Origin: Nitrosopumilaceae archaeon
GTDB taxonomy: Archaea; Thermoproteota; Nitrososphaeria; Nitrososphaerales; Nitrosopumilaceae
Assembly (NCBI GenBank): GCA_965214835.1
Contig: CBDCCK010000002.1
Location: 672,001 to 736,000 of the forward strand
Length of the DNA: 64,000 nt
Reading direction: 5' to 3'
The position numbers and the translations under genes are program-made. Every line of letters starts with the position of its first letter. The first letter of the stretch is position 1. The notes below the pieces were generated by a model, which searched no databases, was not told the DNA's origin, and saw only the letters and a program-made list of their open reading frames with translations. Positions 10,692 through 20,388 of the stretch are shown here, in pieces.

Positions 10692-11788
10692 ATGAAAATC
10701 ACAGTTGCATGCAGATTCACGCCTAATTGCCAGGATTGGATGTCAGGACGGCCTAAATTTCTTGGCCTTCTGGATGCCATCATAAAAAACCTGGAAAGGC
10801 TCGGCGTTGAGTGCAAGAAGGTCGTCGTCTACAGGGGACGCATGGGGAACTTTATCCTGAGATTTCCAGTACTAGGAGCGAGGAAAAAAAGAGGCTTTGA
10901 GGAGATTCTCGACGAGTCCAAGCCGGATGCCGTAATACTGGACAACCCAAATGATCTGTGGATGGTTGCCGCCGGCAGAAAAATACCGGTGCTGGCGTAC
11001 TTTTGGGATCAGTGGATACACAGGAAAATATCAAGGGAGGACGGGGGATTCTTGACATCCTGTGTCTGGCGGTACGGGCACGCATTTGGGATCCCTGCCT
11101 GAAAAACGCAGATGCCATACTTGCCTAGACAGACTCCATAGCGGACACCATCAGGAAGCACTATCCAAAAAACAACACAGTGACGTTCCCGTATTCGAGC
11201 ATAGACACGAACAGCTGGAGGGGAGAGGGGCCCGGGGGCGCCATGGAGCTGAGGCACCCGTGCGTGGGCCTGCTACAGAACGCTGGCCGCTGATCCAAGA
11301 CAAGGGAGATGCTCATCCTGCCCAAGGTCGTCGAGGCGCCCCCACACGTAACATTCTACTGGGCCGGTGACGGGCGCTACCGCGACAGGATACTGGAGCC
11401 GCTGGCCGGATACGACAACTTTGAGTGACTGGGGCCGCTGGAGGGCCCCGACAGGATCATGGAGTACCTCTCCTCGATCTACGTCTACGGCCTAGTCAGC
11501 GGCATTGACATGTCGCCGTACTCGCTCAAGCAGGCCATGTCCATGGAGAAGCCTGCCATTGCAACGGATACCGGCGGCGTCTCAGAGACGATGCGGGACG
11601 GAACGACGGGGTTCCTGGTGGGTCTGGGGGACTACCGGGGGTGGACAGAGAAGACCACGATGCTACTGGGAGACGCAGAAAGGGCGCGGGACATGGGAAG
11701 CCAGGGACGCAGGTTCGTGCAGGACAGCTGGGACAGCAGCGTGGCCGCAGACAGGCTTGTTGCGATCCTTGGGGAAATCAAAAAGTGA
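10692..11788 (+). pseudogene. GT4-family glycosyltransferase pseudogene
   Basis: C-terminal SLKQAMSMEKPAIATDTGGVSE..DGTTGFLV motif; frameshifts and an in-frame stop upstream. Confidence 0.8.
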
Positions 11789-11932
11789 CATAGCCGGCGG
11801 GACGGAGCCATGATGGTCCCTGCAGGTCCTCGTGGAGGCGCTACGAGGGGGACGGCTAGATCAAGCTCCACCTTTGGGCTCTGGCCAGCCAGGATGCCAG
11901 CTTTCTGAACAAGTCGTACATGTCAAATTTTT

Positions 11933-12126
11933 GTATGATGCCACGTACCCTTGACAGTCAGTAGACTTTGCCAAAAATGACGCAAAAACTGCCTGATTTT
12001 TTTGATCCGTACAGGTTGCGCATAAAGTCTACTGACAACGATACTGATCCATGTACTATGGGCGCGTATGATGTCACCTGCCCTTAACCAGACAGGTACG
12101 AACTGGCGCGCAACTATGATTTTCAT
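11933..12126. mobile_element. Cluster of MITE fragments (IS66-type ends plus a ~70-bp IS5-type MITE at ~11962-12031)
   Basis: tagacttt...cgcataaagtcta matches the IS5 TIR and the insert at ~16027-16104; gtatgatgtcacc...gattttcatg is the IS66 MITE core. Confidence 0.6.
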
Positions 12127-12278
12127 GTATGGTACTGATTAGAAATTTTCAACAATAGAAGGCATTTCCCTGCGTAGTTCATGCCCATGTGTGTTGAGGA
12201 ACTTTTGCTTTACACAGCAAGCAAGGGGACGTGGCCCCATACAAAACATCAAATATAATACCATAAAATACGCTGATC

Positions 12279-13364
12279 GTGCAGATCATGCCAAGCCCCG
12301 TATCATTGAGGCACCGCCTTTTACGTAGAATAGAAAACAGGGCAAAGGATCTGCTGTTTGTTGATAGCCGATTGCACAACTATCAGATCAAATGTCCGGT
12401 CTGTAGCCGTTCAAGAAACGTTCAAAGAACTGACTTTTGGAGGTCTTTGAGGTACCCAAAGGCATCCACGTTTTTGATGCGGCACCGGTTCAACAGCATC
12501 ACGTCGTTCTTTCGTACCCTGCCGGATTTTCTCATAATAGGCATTGCCAAGTCGGGAACTACGTCGCTGTACGGCCTGATAAGCGCGCATCCACACGTGA
12601 TTCCCGCACAATCCAAGGAGGTGCACTATTTCACCGATTCGCGGAATTATGAGATGGGTACGCTGAGGTATCGTGCTAGGTTTCCAAGCGTGCCGTACAA
12701 GCGCTGTCTTGCCGTACGATACGGCCAAAAAATACTGTCCGGTGAGGCATCCTCCACCTATCTGTTCCATCCAATGGTGCCTAGTAGGGTCAAGGCCCTA
12801 CTTCCGGACGTTAGGCTGATCGTGATACTACGCAACCCCGTTGATCGAGCCTACTCTGAGTATCACATGCAGGTTAGAGAACGATGCGAGTCGCTGACAT
12901 TTGAGGATGCAATAAGGGCAGAAAAAGACAGGACGTCATACGAGATGGAAAGGGCAAGATCTGATCCGCGGTTTTACTGGAGCAACCTGCACCGCTACTC
13001 CTACCTTCAAAAAGGCCACTATGCAGAACAGCTGACTCACTGGTTCAGATACTACAACAAAGACCAGTTTCTCATCCTGACCCTGGAGGAGCTAAAGGTA
13101 GACCGGCGGGGAGTACTTGACAGGGTCTTTGAGTTTCTGGGACTAGAGCCGTTTGATGTGGGCAGCCTTGACCCCATGCCGAGCTATTCCTGGATAAAAC
13201 AGTTCATACACGAGCCCTCCGACGAGACTGACCGCGGGTTGCTAAATGCATACAGTTACCCCGAGATGAATCCCAAGACGCGTGCAATGCTGCTGGATTA
13301 CTTCAAGCCGCACAACGAACGGCTCTCCCGGCTCTTGCAGCGTGACTTTGACTGGAACGGCTGA
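12279..13364 (+). CDS. PAPS-dependent sulfotransferase; true start probably downstream of 12279
   Basis: LPDFLIIGIAKSGTTSLY (5'-PSB), KEVHYF and LRNPVDRAYS (3'-PB) motifs. Confidence 0.9.
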   Translation: MQIMPSPVSLRHRLLRRIENRAKDLLFVDSRLHNYQIKCPVCSRSRNVQRTDFWRSLRYPKASTFLMRHRFNSITSFFRTLPDFLIIGIAKSGTTSLYGLISAHPHVIPAQSKEVHYFTDSRNYEMGTLRYRARFPSVPYKRCLAVRYGQKILSGEASSTYLFHPMVPSRVKALLPDVRLIVILRNPVDRAYSEYHMQVRERCESLTFEDAIRAEKDRTSYEMERARSDPRFYWSNLHRYSYLQKGHYAEQLTHWFRYYNKDQFLILTLEELKVDRRGVLDRVFEFLGLEPFDVGSLDPMPSYSWIKQFIHEPSDETDRGLLNAYSYPEMNPKTRAMLLDYFKPHNERLSRLLQRDFDWNG

Positions 13365-13711
13365 CTTGCGACAGCCTTAGATGACCTGTGATCGGTAGCA
13401 CGGTGCCAGTACCACCATCCAGACTTGGAAACTTCCGATCGTATGAGGCAGTGTCTATCCTAGCCATTCGATCACTTGCATGCTGCCTACCGTAAGTTCT
13501 CAAATGACAAATTTTTCAGACCGAATCATATTTTGATCACCGTGTCTGACACAACGCATGACGGAGACGACATGGGAAGATCTGAAGAAGGCGTGCAAGG
13601 TGGAAAAGGATCCACATGTGATGGCCAAGATACCTGCAACAAACATGCTGTCCGAACCTCCAACGATGCATCACTGAGTTACTTCTGAACACGGGTTAAA
13701 ACGCCCGGGCC

Positions 13712-13825
13712 CGTAGCAGTGGTGACGTGGATCAACCGCTGTCTTCCCATGCGCCCCGCGCGCTGACTTCTGAATGCGGTAATTCCGAGCTGCAGTGTTC
13801 GTGCACCACGGCGTGCTGATAGATG
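13712..13825 (+). ncRNA. Second putative bridge RNA, 3'-truncated
   Basis: Same scaffold as 5640-5765 with guides GTCTTCCCA, ACTTCTG, GTGTTC and ATAGATG. Confidence 0.8.
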
Positions 13826-13840
13826 GTACGAGGTCACCTA

Positions 13841-14932
13841 TACTGATGATCATTGAAAATTTCGCCTGATTACACATCTTGTAAAGGTTTATAGCTCCCC
13901 ACCATGTCACTCCCGGCATGAACAAGACGAAAATCCTCACGGATGCCATGCATGTCGAAAAGGATCTCAAGATTCACACCAGAATCATGGCGGTGCGCTC
14001 CGTGCTGCTTGGCAACACCACCGCACAGACTGCAGAGATTGCCGACGTGACACAGCGTACCGTACAGATGTGGATCGAGAGATTCGAGCTTGACGGCATC
14101 GACGGCCTCCGTGACTCCTAACAGGGACAAAAAACCAAAGGTTCCGGTCGGCAGGATAAAAAAGATCGCCACAAAGTTGCGTAGGATGGAAAAGCTCACC
14201 CCGAAGAAGCTGTGCAACCGGGTGCGCCGCAGGCTGCATGTCACATACAGCGTGGGAAGCATCAGAAGAATCCTGCGCACGATGGGATTCTCGCCAAAGA
14301 CGTCAACCACCAGGCTTGCAGATGCTGCCGACGCAAAGGCGGTAAGACGGTGGCAGGGGGCGGCAAGAACCGCGATCAAGCTTGCAAAAAGGCGCGGATT
14401 TAGGATAGCCGTACAGGACGAGTCGATATTCGTCAGTACGGGAAGGGACGGCAGAAAGTTCTGGTCGCCCGTGGGGGACAGGATCGAGGTGCAACGATCC
14501 GGCAGAAGGGAACGCGTCGCGGTATACGGAACGATTGCAGACGACGGAACCCGGCTGATGCGCACATACGACAAGTTCAACAGCGCAAACTTTGTGCATT
14601 ATCTCAAGCAGGTGCACAAAAAGCGGGGAAAGGTTCTGATTGTGATGGACAACGCAGCACAGCACAAGACCGGAAAGGTCCGCAGGTACCTGAAGAAAAA
14701 TCCAGACGTCGTCCTGCTGTACCTGCCGGTAGCCAGGCCGGAGCTGAGCGTCATAGAGGCAGTCTGGAAGGATGCCAAGTACGGGCCGGTCACGTCGGCA
14801 TTTTACGAGACGGTAGATCACCTCAAAAGGGCCGTCTCGGAATACTTTAGGACGTGTTCCATCAAGGTTGACATCTATAGGTACCTTGAGCGCAGCTTGT
14901 AAGGGAGGCGAAATTTTCAATGGTCATCAGTA
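13841..14932 (+). mobile_element. IS630-family element, copy 1 (transposase split into 13918-14121 and 14090-14902)
   Basis: TIRs TACTGATGATCATTGAAAATTTCGCCT / AGGCGAAATTTTCAATGGTCATCAGTA; TA duplication within CCTAGG; QDES, DNAAQH and PELSVIE motifs. Confidence 0.9.
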
Positions 14933-15064
14933 TAGGCGTGGATCAGAGAGACACAATTTGCCACCGCTAAAGGGCCCGGGCGTTTTAACATAGATGGGAA
15001 GACTGGCCTAGGGTGGCAAACTTTTACAGATGAATTATAAGTATGTTTTTGAAAACATAGCCTG

Positions 15065-15430
15065 TTGAATCTCCAGCGGATCTATGTCTACGTGCGTCAG
15101 GGGTGGCATGTAATATCCCCGATATTTGGATTTAGCAACTTTATCATGCTGATCTATCTTACACTGACGTTTGAGGTTCCACTTTACGTGTTTGCGCCGT
15201 TGGTGACAGCTCCGATCCTGATAGGACTGGTCTTTACAGGCAAGTTATTCAGAGACAAACAGCAGCCAGTAGACGCGAGCATGAACTACTTCCGGTCACT
15301 GGAGGTACTGCGCAGTGAATCCATCCTATGGGAACAGATCGGCAGAATCTGCAAAAACGATGGAATACCCCTGAATGAGGAGTTTGTCAAGCGCCTTGAC
15401 GTGCTGAAAAAGGCGGTAAGGAAGAAATAA
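15065..15430 (+). CDS. Hypothetical membrane protein
   Basis: 121 aa with two hydrophobic segments; AT-rich TATA-like sequence upstream. Confidence 0.6.
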   Translation: MNLQRIYVYVRQGWHVISPIFGFSNFIMLIYLTLTFEVPLYVFAPLVTAPILIGLVFTGKLFRDKQQPVDASMNYFRSLEVLRSESILWEQIGRICKNDGIPLNEEFVKRLDVLKKAVRKK

Positions 15431-15597
15431 AACTCCCGTCAGAGGCCACTGTATGCGCTTGGGACTGTTGCCTAATTCACTTCCATCCCCCCACGCCGGC
15501 TCTTGCGGCGCATTCCAAGGTTCGGATGCCCCTTCTCTCCACATCGTTTCTGCCAGCAACGATGCCGATATTGTCGGTTGCAAGCTTGGTCGATGCG

Positions 15598-15811
15598 TAG
15601 TGTCTATGCGAAATGACCGATCACAATTTTGACACATCGTGTCTATTTTGACACAAAAGCGATTGTAATAGGTTAGCCCCTGCCTAGGCAGCAATCAGGC
15701 ACGAGCCTGTCTACAGTTGTGATTTTCATGCCTGACAGGTAAGGGACGTGACTCCAATTCTAGGCAGGGGCTAACCTGTTACAAGCGATTGCTTTTCAAT
15801 CATATACACTA
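15598..15811. mobile_element. 88-bp TAGTG...CACTA MITE containing a nested 120-bp element
   Basis: Core ttttgacacatcgtg.ctattttga shared with 38518-38605 and 40636-40723. Confidence 0.75.
15664..15783. mobile_element. 120-bp MITE with 24-bp TIRs
   Basis: TGTAATAGGTTAGCCCCTGCCTAG / CTAGGCAGGGGCTAACCTGTTACA; 6-bp TSD AGCGAT. Confidence 0.85.
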
Positions 15812-15965
15812 TGTCATGTCCGGCAAGGCATCTTCATGCGGTCTAGTCTGCCATCCTCCAAGCCATCAGACTGTCGCGTAGCTCCACTTGCTTGATCCAG
15901 CCTGCGCGTTTTTTTTTTTTGAATTTTCGTCCACTTTGCACGCCTTACCCCAAATAGCATCGTAC

Positions 15966-16136
15966 GTACGAGGCCACCTGCCACTGACCAGTCAGGTACG
16001 AGTCTGCATATGCCTGTGATTTTCACTAGACCTCATGCATAATCGGTGCAAATCAAAAATCAGGCAGCTTTTGCGTCATTTTTGGCAAATACGCACAAGA
16101 CCTATCCCTAGGCAACAAGGGGACGTGACCTAGTAC
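15966..16136. mobile_element. IS66-type MITE with a nested IS5-type MITE (~16027-16104)
   Basis: 8-bp TSD CATCGTAC; insert bounded by tagacctcatgcataa...tacgcacaagaccta. Confidence 0.8.
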
Positions 16137-16149
16137 CATCGTACGGCTT

Positions 16150-16569
16150 TCAACAATTCTGACTAAGTGGCAGCCCACTACGATCCTCCTGTATCTGACG
16201 AATCATCTCAAAGCTTTGCCTTGCAGCAGCCAGGAACTTTTCACGCATTGTGGATCCCGAATCCTCCCCCCTGCTGATTTCTCCGAGCAGCTTTACGAAT
16301 TCGGCCTCATCCACATCTAGCCTGTGGGCAAAAACATGCCTGATTCTGGATATCTGGATGAGATCCTGACGCAGGGTATCATCTATTATTCCCACATCGT
16401 TGAGCGCCATCAGTTTAGAGTTCATCCGCTCGGATTCAAACGAGTCGGTTCCAAACTCCTCAAGCATTATTCGGTTTACGTGATACTCAATTCCGGCCTG
16501 AATCAAAGCTACGGTGCTTCTCAGACCCAGATCCAGACCAGAGACCTCATCAAGGATTGACTCATCCAT
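16150..16569 (-). CDS. HEPN/MtlR-like helical protein
   Basis: RIRHVFAH contains an Rx4H motif in a helical context. Confidence 0.55.
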   Translation of the reverse strand: MDESILDEVSGLDLGLRSTVALIQAGIEYHVNRIMLEEFGTDSFESERMNSKLMALNDVGIIDDTLRQDLIQISRIRHVFAHRLDVDEAEFVKLLGEISRGEDSGSTMREKFLAAARQSFEMIRQIQEDRSGLPLSQNC

Positions 16570-16771
16570 TATACCCTACAACCAATCCAGCCCATGTGGC
16601 CGTCAGACCTGCGCGGGTCTTGGCTTGGCGCGCCACATCTGATGAAGCCTTCCCGATCACAGAAGTTACAGCAGTGTGCTTCCACATGGCAGCTACACAC
16701 GTTTGCAAATTAAGCATTTCTGACAGGCGTGTGTCTGAAAATTGCGGGAACTGAAGCTGTCAGGATCTCAT

Positions 16772-16862
16772 GTATGGGGTCACGCCCCCCTGCAGGCCAG
16801 ATGCGAAAATCACAGCCGCATGTGAATCCATGCCTAGCTGTTGAGTGCAGGTGACCTTGTAC
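16772..16862. mobile_element. Degenerate IS66-type MITE
   Basis: gtatggggtcacg...gaaaatcacag...ggtgaccttgtac; no TSD. Confidence 0.65.
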
Positions 16863-17456
16863 GAATATTTTTTATCGAAGCAGGCATGATATGTCCAGAT
16901 TGTGATCCGTTTTTTTGATGTGCATAGCATTCACAGATACTAATTGATTACAAAGAGGACGATTTTTTTCAACCAAAGGATCTAAGACCTGCCAACCCTG
17001 TACAAATACATGAAAGGCAAGAAGCTACAGACGGGAACTGCATTCCTGTGCAAGGCAGTAAGCAGGGACAGACCTTTTCAGATGCACAGATCCGAGAAGA
17101 ACAGCAAGGCAGCCGCTAGGCTCCTGGCTTTATGAGAAAGTGTGGCATGAGCATGTACCAGATTGCCGAGAGGCTGGACAGACCGTATGGAACCATACGG
17201 CACTGGCTGGTGCGCGCACACGAGCACGGCCTGGCGGACAGGTTTGACATAAAGCACGGCGCCCCGTGCAGGCTGGATTCGGGGCAGCTTCAGCTGCGCG
17301 AGGATCTGACTGCGGGCCCGCGTAGCTGCGGCTTGGGCTGCGACGTGGACGGATCCGCTGGCCATCCTCCACGTCAAAAAAAGTTCGGCATCACGTATGC
17401 AAATACGAGCATGTACGACCTGCTACACAAGCTTGGCTTTTCATGCAGAAAGCCAC

Positions 17457-19106
17457 GTACGAGTTTACCCCTCAGGCGACGCTGCCAGTCAGGGTCTTGA
17501 CGAGCATTTCCCTCACGCCGCACCCCCGGGCGCGCCAATTCATCGCGCACGTCATCAATACGGTGAACATCTCCATGCCTTCCATGGTACGGAGTCCTTG
17601 GAATACCTTGCGCGCAATTACGGACGGCCTCAGCATGCGCTCGGCCAGGTTGTTGGTGGGCTCCATGCCTGGATGCAATGTGAACGTGTAGAGAAATTCC
17701 GAGGCGTTCCCAAGCTTTGTGGCAAAGCTCTCGCATCCGGCCTCCCTGCCGAATGCCTCGGCCAGCCCGCGCGTTTCTGCCACCAGCATGTCGTGCCGGG
17801 CGGCGCCCTCCTCCTCCGGCGGCCCCAGCCCCTTGGCATGGATGAACTTTTTCTTGAGTGTACCATACAGCGCGTGGGCCTTCCGGGAGGTCTTGCCGGC
17901 CTCCCTGGCCTCCCGGAGTATGTGTGCCCAGCACCACTGCCTGGTCTTGAATGCGGCGTATACGCCGTACCCGTCGACTGTGACCGGTTTGTCATAATAC
18001 GGAAAGTTCATGTCAACTACGGCCCTGCCCCTACTGGGTGCGGCCAGCGTGTGGACGCCGGCGACGGTGCCGTCCCTGTTCCTGCCCACGACCACCCATA
18101 TGCGGGCCGTCCTGCCGTTGTATGGCATGGCAGTCTCGTCAATATGCAGATAATCAGAATCCCTGATGGCCTGCCTGATGCTCTCTACGCCGGGCTTTAT
18201 CGCATTGGCGCCGGCCCTCAGGCACTGCAGCACGCCTGCCTCTGACACTTCTATGCCTAGGATTTCTGAGCACAGTGTGGCCGTGGCCTGTATGGAGGCA
18301 GGTGCCACGCGTATTGCGGCCATCATCCCCGTGATGTTTGGTCCAAACTCGGTTCCCGGCACGTTCCATGACCTGTCGTCTTCGATGCACATGTTGCCAC
18401 AGTCGGCGCATTTGCGCCTGTATGCGGTGTGCTGTGTCGTGACCGGCTCGGGCCTCTTGGGGGTATCGGTCACAAGCTTGGAGAAGATCTTTTTCGGCTT
18501 CTTCATGTTGGTGCTGCCGCACTTGCCGCACTTTTTGGGGCAGTGCTTTACAAACAAGGTCGGTTTTCTGGCGTGTGAGACCCCCTCGTGTCCCTGTCTG
18601 CGGCCCGGCTTTGCCTTTGCAGGTGCCGGTACATTACCTGATGCCTTTGCCGCGGCGGCCTTTTTCTGCCGGGTAGGAATAGAGTTCTGCGATGAGGGGG
18701 TGTGAGGGTTTTCGTAATATCTGATGTGCTGTCTGAGCTGCTGGTTTTCTGCTTCCAGTGCCGCGGTTTGCGCGTCAGGTGCCGTCCCTCCCCGGGGTTC
18801 GCCCTCTGGCCACCCTGGGGCGGGCCCCTTTTGCTTGAACCAGTTGATCTGTGCTGTCTGCATCAGGATTGTCACCGAGGCCTCGGCCAGCTGTTCGGCA
18901 AGCCCGACTATTGCCCGATCCCTGTCTGCGATGATTCCATCCTTCTTGTCTGATTCGGCTATGACGCGGGCCAGCTCGTCGCGCAGTATCTTGATCTCTG
19001 AATCAGGCAATGAATACAGGTGTGGTCTTGACGTATATGGATCCAGATGGTGATCAAAAGTTGGCCTCGTACTCAACCTAAACTATAGGGAGGGGTAAAC
19101 TCATAC
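17457..19106 (-). mobile_element. IS66-family element, second subfamily, intact
   Basis: TIRs GTACGAGTTTACCCC / GGGGTAAACTCATAC; 9-bp flanking direct repeat GAAAGCCAC. Confidence 0.93.
17472..19076 (-). CDS. IS66-family transposase
   Basis: KPGRRQGHEG, two CxxC pairs, IDET, VDGY, CWAH and PTNNLAER motifs. Confidence 0.92.
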   Translation of the reverse strand: MSTRPTFDHHLDPYTSRPHLYSLPDSEIKILRDELARVIAESDKKDGIIADRDRAIVGLAEQLAEASVTILMQTAQINWFKQKGPAPGWPEGEPRGGTAPDAQTAALEAENQQLRQHIRYYENPHTPSSQNSIPTRQKKAAAAKASGNVPAPAKAKPGRRQGHEGVSHARKPTLFVKHCPKKCGKCGSTNMKKPKKIFSKLVTDTPKRPEPVTTQHTAYRRKCADCGNMCIEDDRSWNVPGTEFGPNITGMMAAIRVAPASIQATATLCSEILGIEVSEAGVLQCLRAGANAIKPGVESIRQAIRDSDYLHIDETAMPYNGRTARIWVVVGRNRDGTVAGVHTLAAPSRGRAVVDMNFPYYDKPVTVDGYGVYAAFKTRQWCWAHILREAREAGKTSRKAHALYGTLKKKFIHAKGLGPPEEEGAARHDMLVAETRGLAEAFGREAGCESFATKLGNASEFLYTFTLHPGMEPTNNLAERMLRPSVIARKVFQGLRTMEGMEMFTVLMTCAMNWRARGCGVREMLVKTLTGSVA

Positions 19107-19581
19107 GAAAGCCACACCCGAAACACACAAAACCGGCCACAAAACCCGAGAAAAAAATCCAAAAAAAAGCCAGGCGGTACGCGAGGCACTAGTCAAAGGA
19201 ATACGCGGTAGTGGGAGGGGACGAGGCCTTGCACGCCATGGGATGAAACGCCAAGAACGACTGGCATCTAGGTAGATATGCCGGCGTACATTCCGTGTAG
19301 CCTGTCGCGCGCGGGGCTTTGCTCTGGGGCCCCTGTCTGCAAGCGGCTTTGCTGCGAATGCAGGCAAGCACTCGTTTACCGACTTGGTGAAGTACGGCAG
19401 GGTGCCGCCGCTTGCCGACAACGCCTCGTACCATGAGGCCGGGCTGGTCAATGAAAGGCTGGCAGAATGAAAAGGCGGCGTGGCGATCAAGGTTCTGGCC
19501 GGCAATGCAGTCTAGGGGCAAACTCTTACGAGCCGGCAGCTGCATGGATTTATTATACAATGCGCAAGGAGGTTTGGTTGA

Positions 19582-20388
19582 TTGAAGGCGATAATTACCT
19601 GTGCTGGCAGGGGGAGCAGGCTGCTGCCCTACACCAAGGAGCTGCCCAAGGAGATGGCCCCGGTATTCATGAGGGATCCCGATCTGGCAGTAAAGCCGGT
19701 ACTGCAGCAGATCTACGAGGATCTCTACATGCACGGGATCCGAGACTTTTGCTTTATCACCGGCAGGACAAAGCGCCCCATAGAGGATCACTTTACGCCT
19801 GACGTCCATGCGCCCGTCGAGCCAGCACTGAAGGCCTTCCATGACATGCTAGTCGACTCCTCGATCCTGTGGGCAAACCAGGCCACGCCCAAGGGATTCG
19901 GGCACGCGGTCCTGACTGGCAGGCCGGCCGTCTCAGGCGCGGGGGTACTAGTCCATGCCGGCGACTCTTACATAATCCCCCGGGAAAGGCACCCTGTAGG
20001 ACACCTCATCCGCGCCTCGGAGGATCCCGACATCGAGGCGGCCTTTCTGATCAGGAGGGTCTCCGATCCCCGGAGGCACGGGATAGTCGAGATAGCAGAG
20101 GAGGACGGCAGCTGCCGGGTTACCGGCGCCGAGGAAAAGCCGGCCGATCCAAAGTCGCCGTGGGGGATTGTCCCGGTATACTTTTTCAGGAAAAGCATCT
20201 TTGATGCGCTGGAGGCCACCCCGCCTGGCGCAAACGACGAGATCCAGCTGACCGACGCCATACGTAGGATCATAGGTATGCGCAAAAACGTCATAGCCTT
20301 CAAGGTCGACGGCGATACGGTCGTCGACGTCGGCACGCCCTCCTCCTATCTGGAGTCCATCCGGCTCCACCTCCAAGGGGGGCCCTGA
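19582..20388 (+). CDS. Sugar-phosphate nucleotidyltransferase (UTP-glucose-1-phosphate uridylyltransferase-like)
   Basis: KAIITCAGRGSRLLPYTKELPKEM, EEKP and EIQLTDAI motifs. Confidence 0.88.
   Translation: MKAIITCAGRGSRLLPYTKELPKEMAPVFMRDPDLAVKPVLQQIYEDLYMHGIRDFCFITGRTKRPIEDHFTPDVHAPVEPALKAFHDMLVDSSILWANQATPKGFGHAVLTGRPAVSGAGVLVHAGDSYIIPRERHPVGHLIRASEDPDIEAAFLIRRVSDPRRHGIVEIAEEDGSCRVTGAEEKPADPKSPWGIVPVYFFRKSIFDALEATPPGANDEIQLTDAIRRIIGMRKNVIAFKVDGDTVVDVGTPSSYLESIRLHLQGGP

Larger units (their letters stand above)
13686..14994 (+). mobile_element. IS110 remnant: recombinase lost, bridge RNA largely retained, IS630 inserted
   Basis: TGAACAC left end; inverted repeats GTTAAAACGCCCGGGCCC / GGGCCCGGGCGTTTTAAC; right end CAT+AGA+TG core. 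Confidence 0.85.
17009..19560 (+). pseudogene. IS630-family transposase remnant interrupted by an IS66
   Basis: HTH region, LHKLGFSCRKPH on the left; continues after 19107 with GDEA-like and DNASYH motifs; boundaries approximate. Confidence 0.7.

Noticed and set aside
15058-15070. TAGCCTGTTGAA, identical to the left junction of IS110 element 1
   Set aside because: No IS110 end or MITE body follows; it overlaps a gene start and is probably chance
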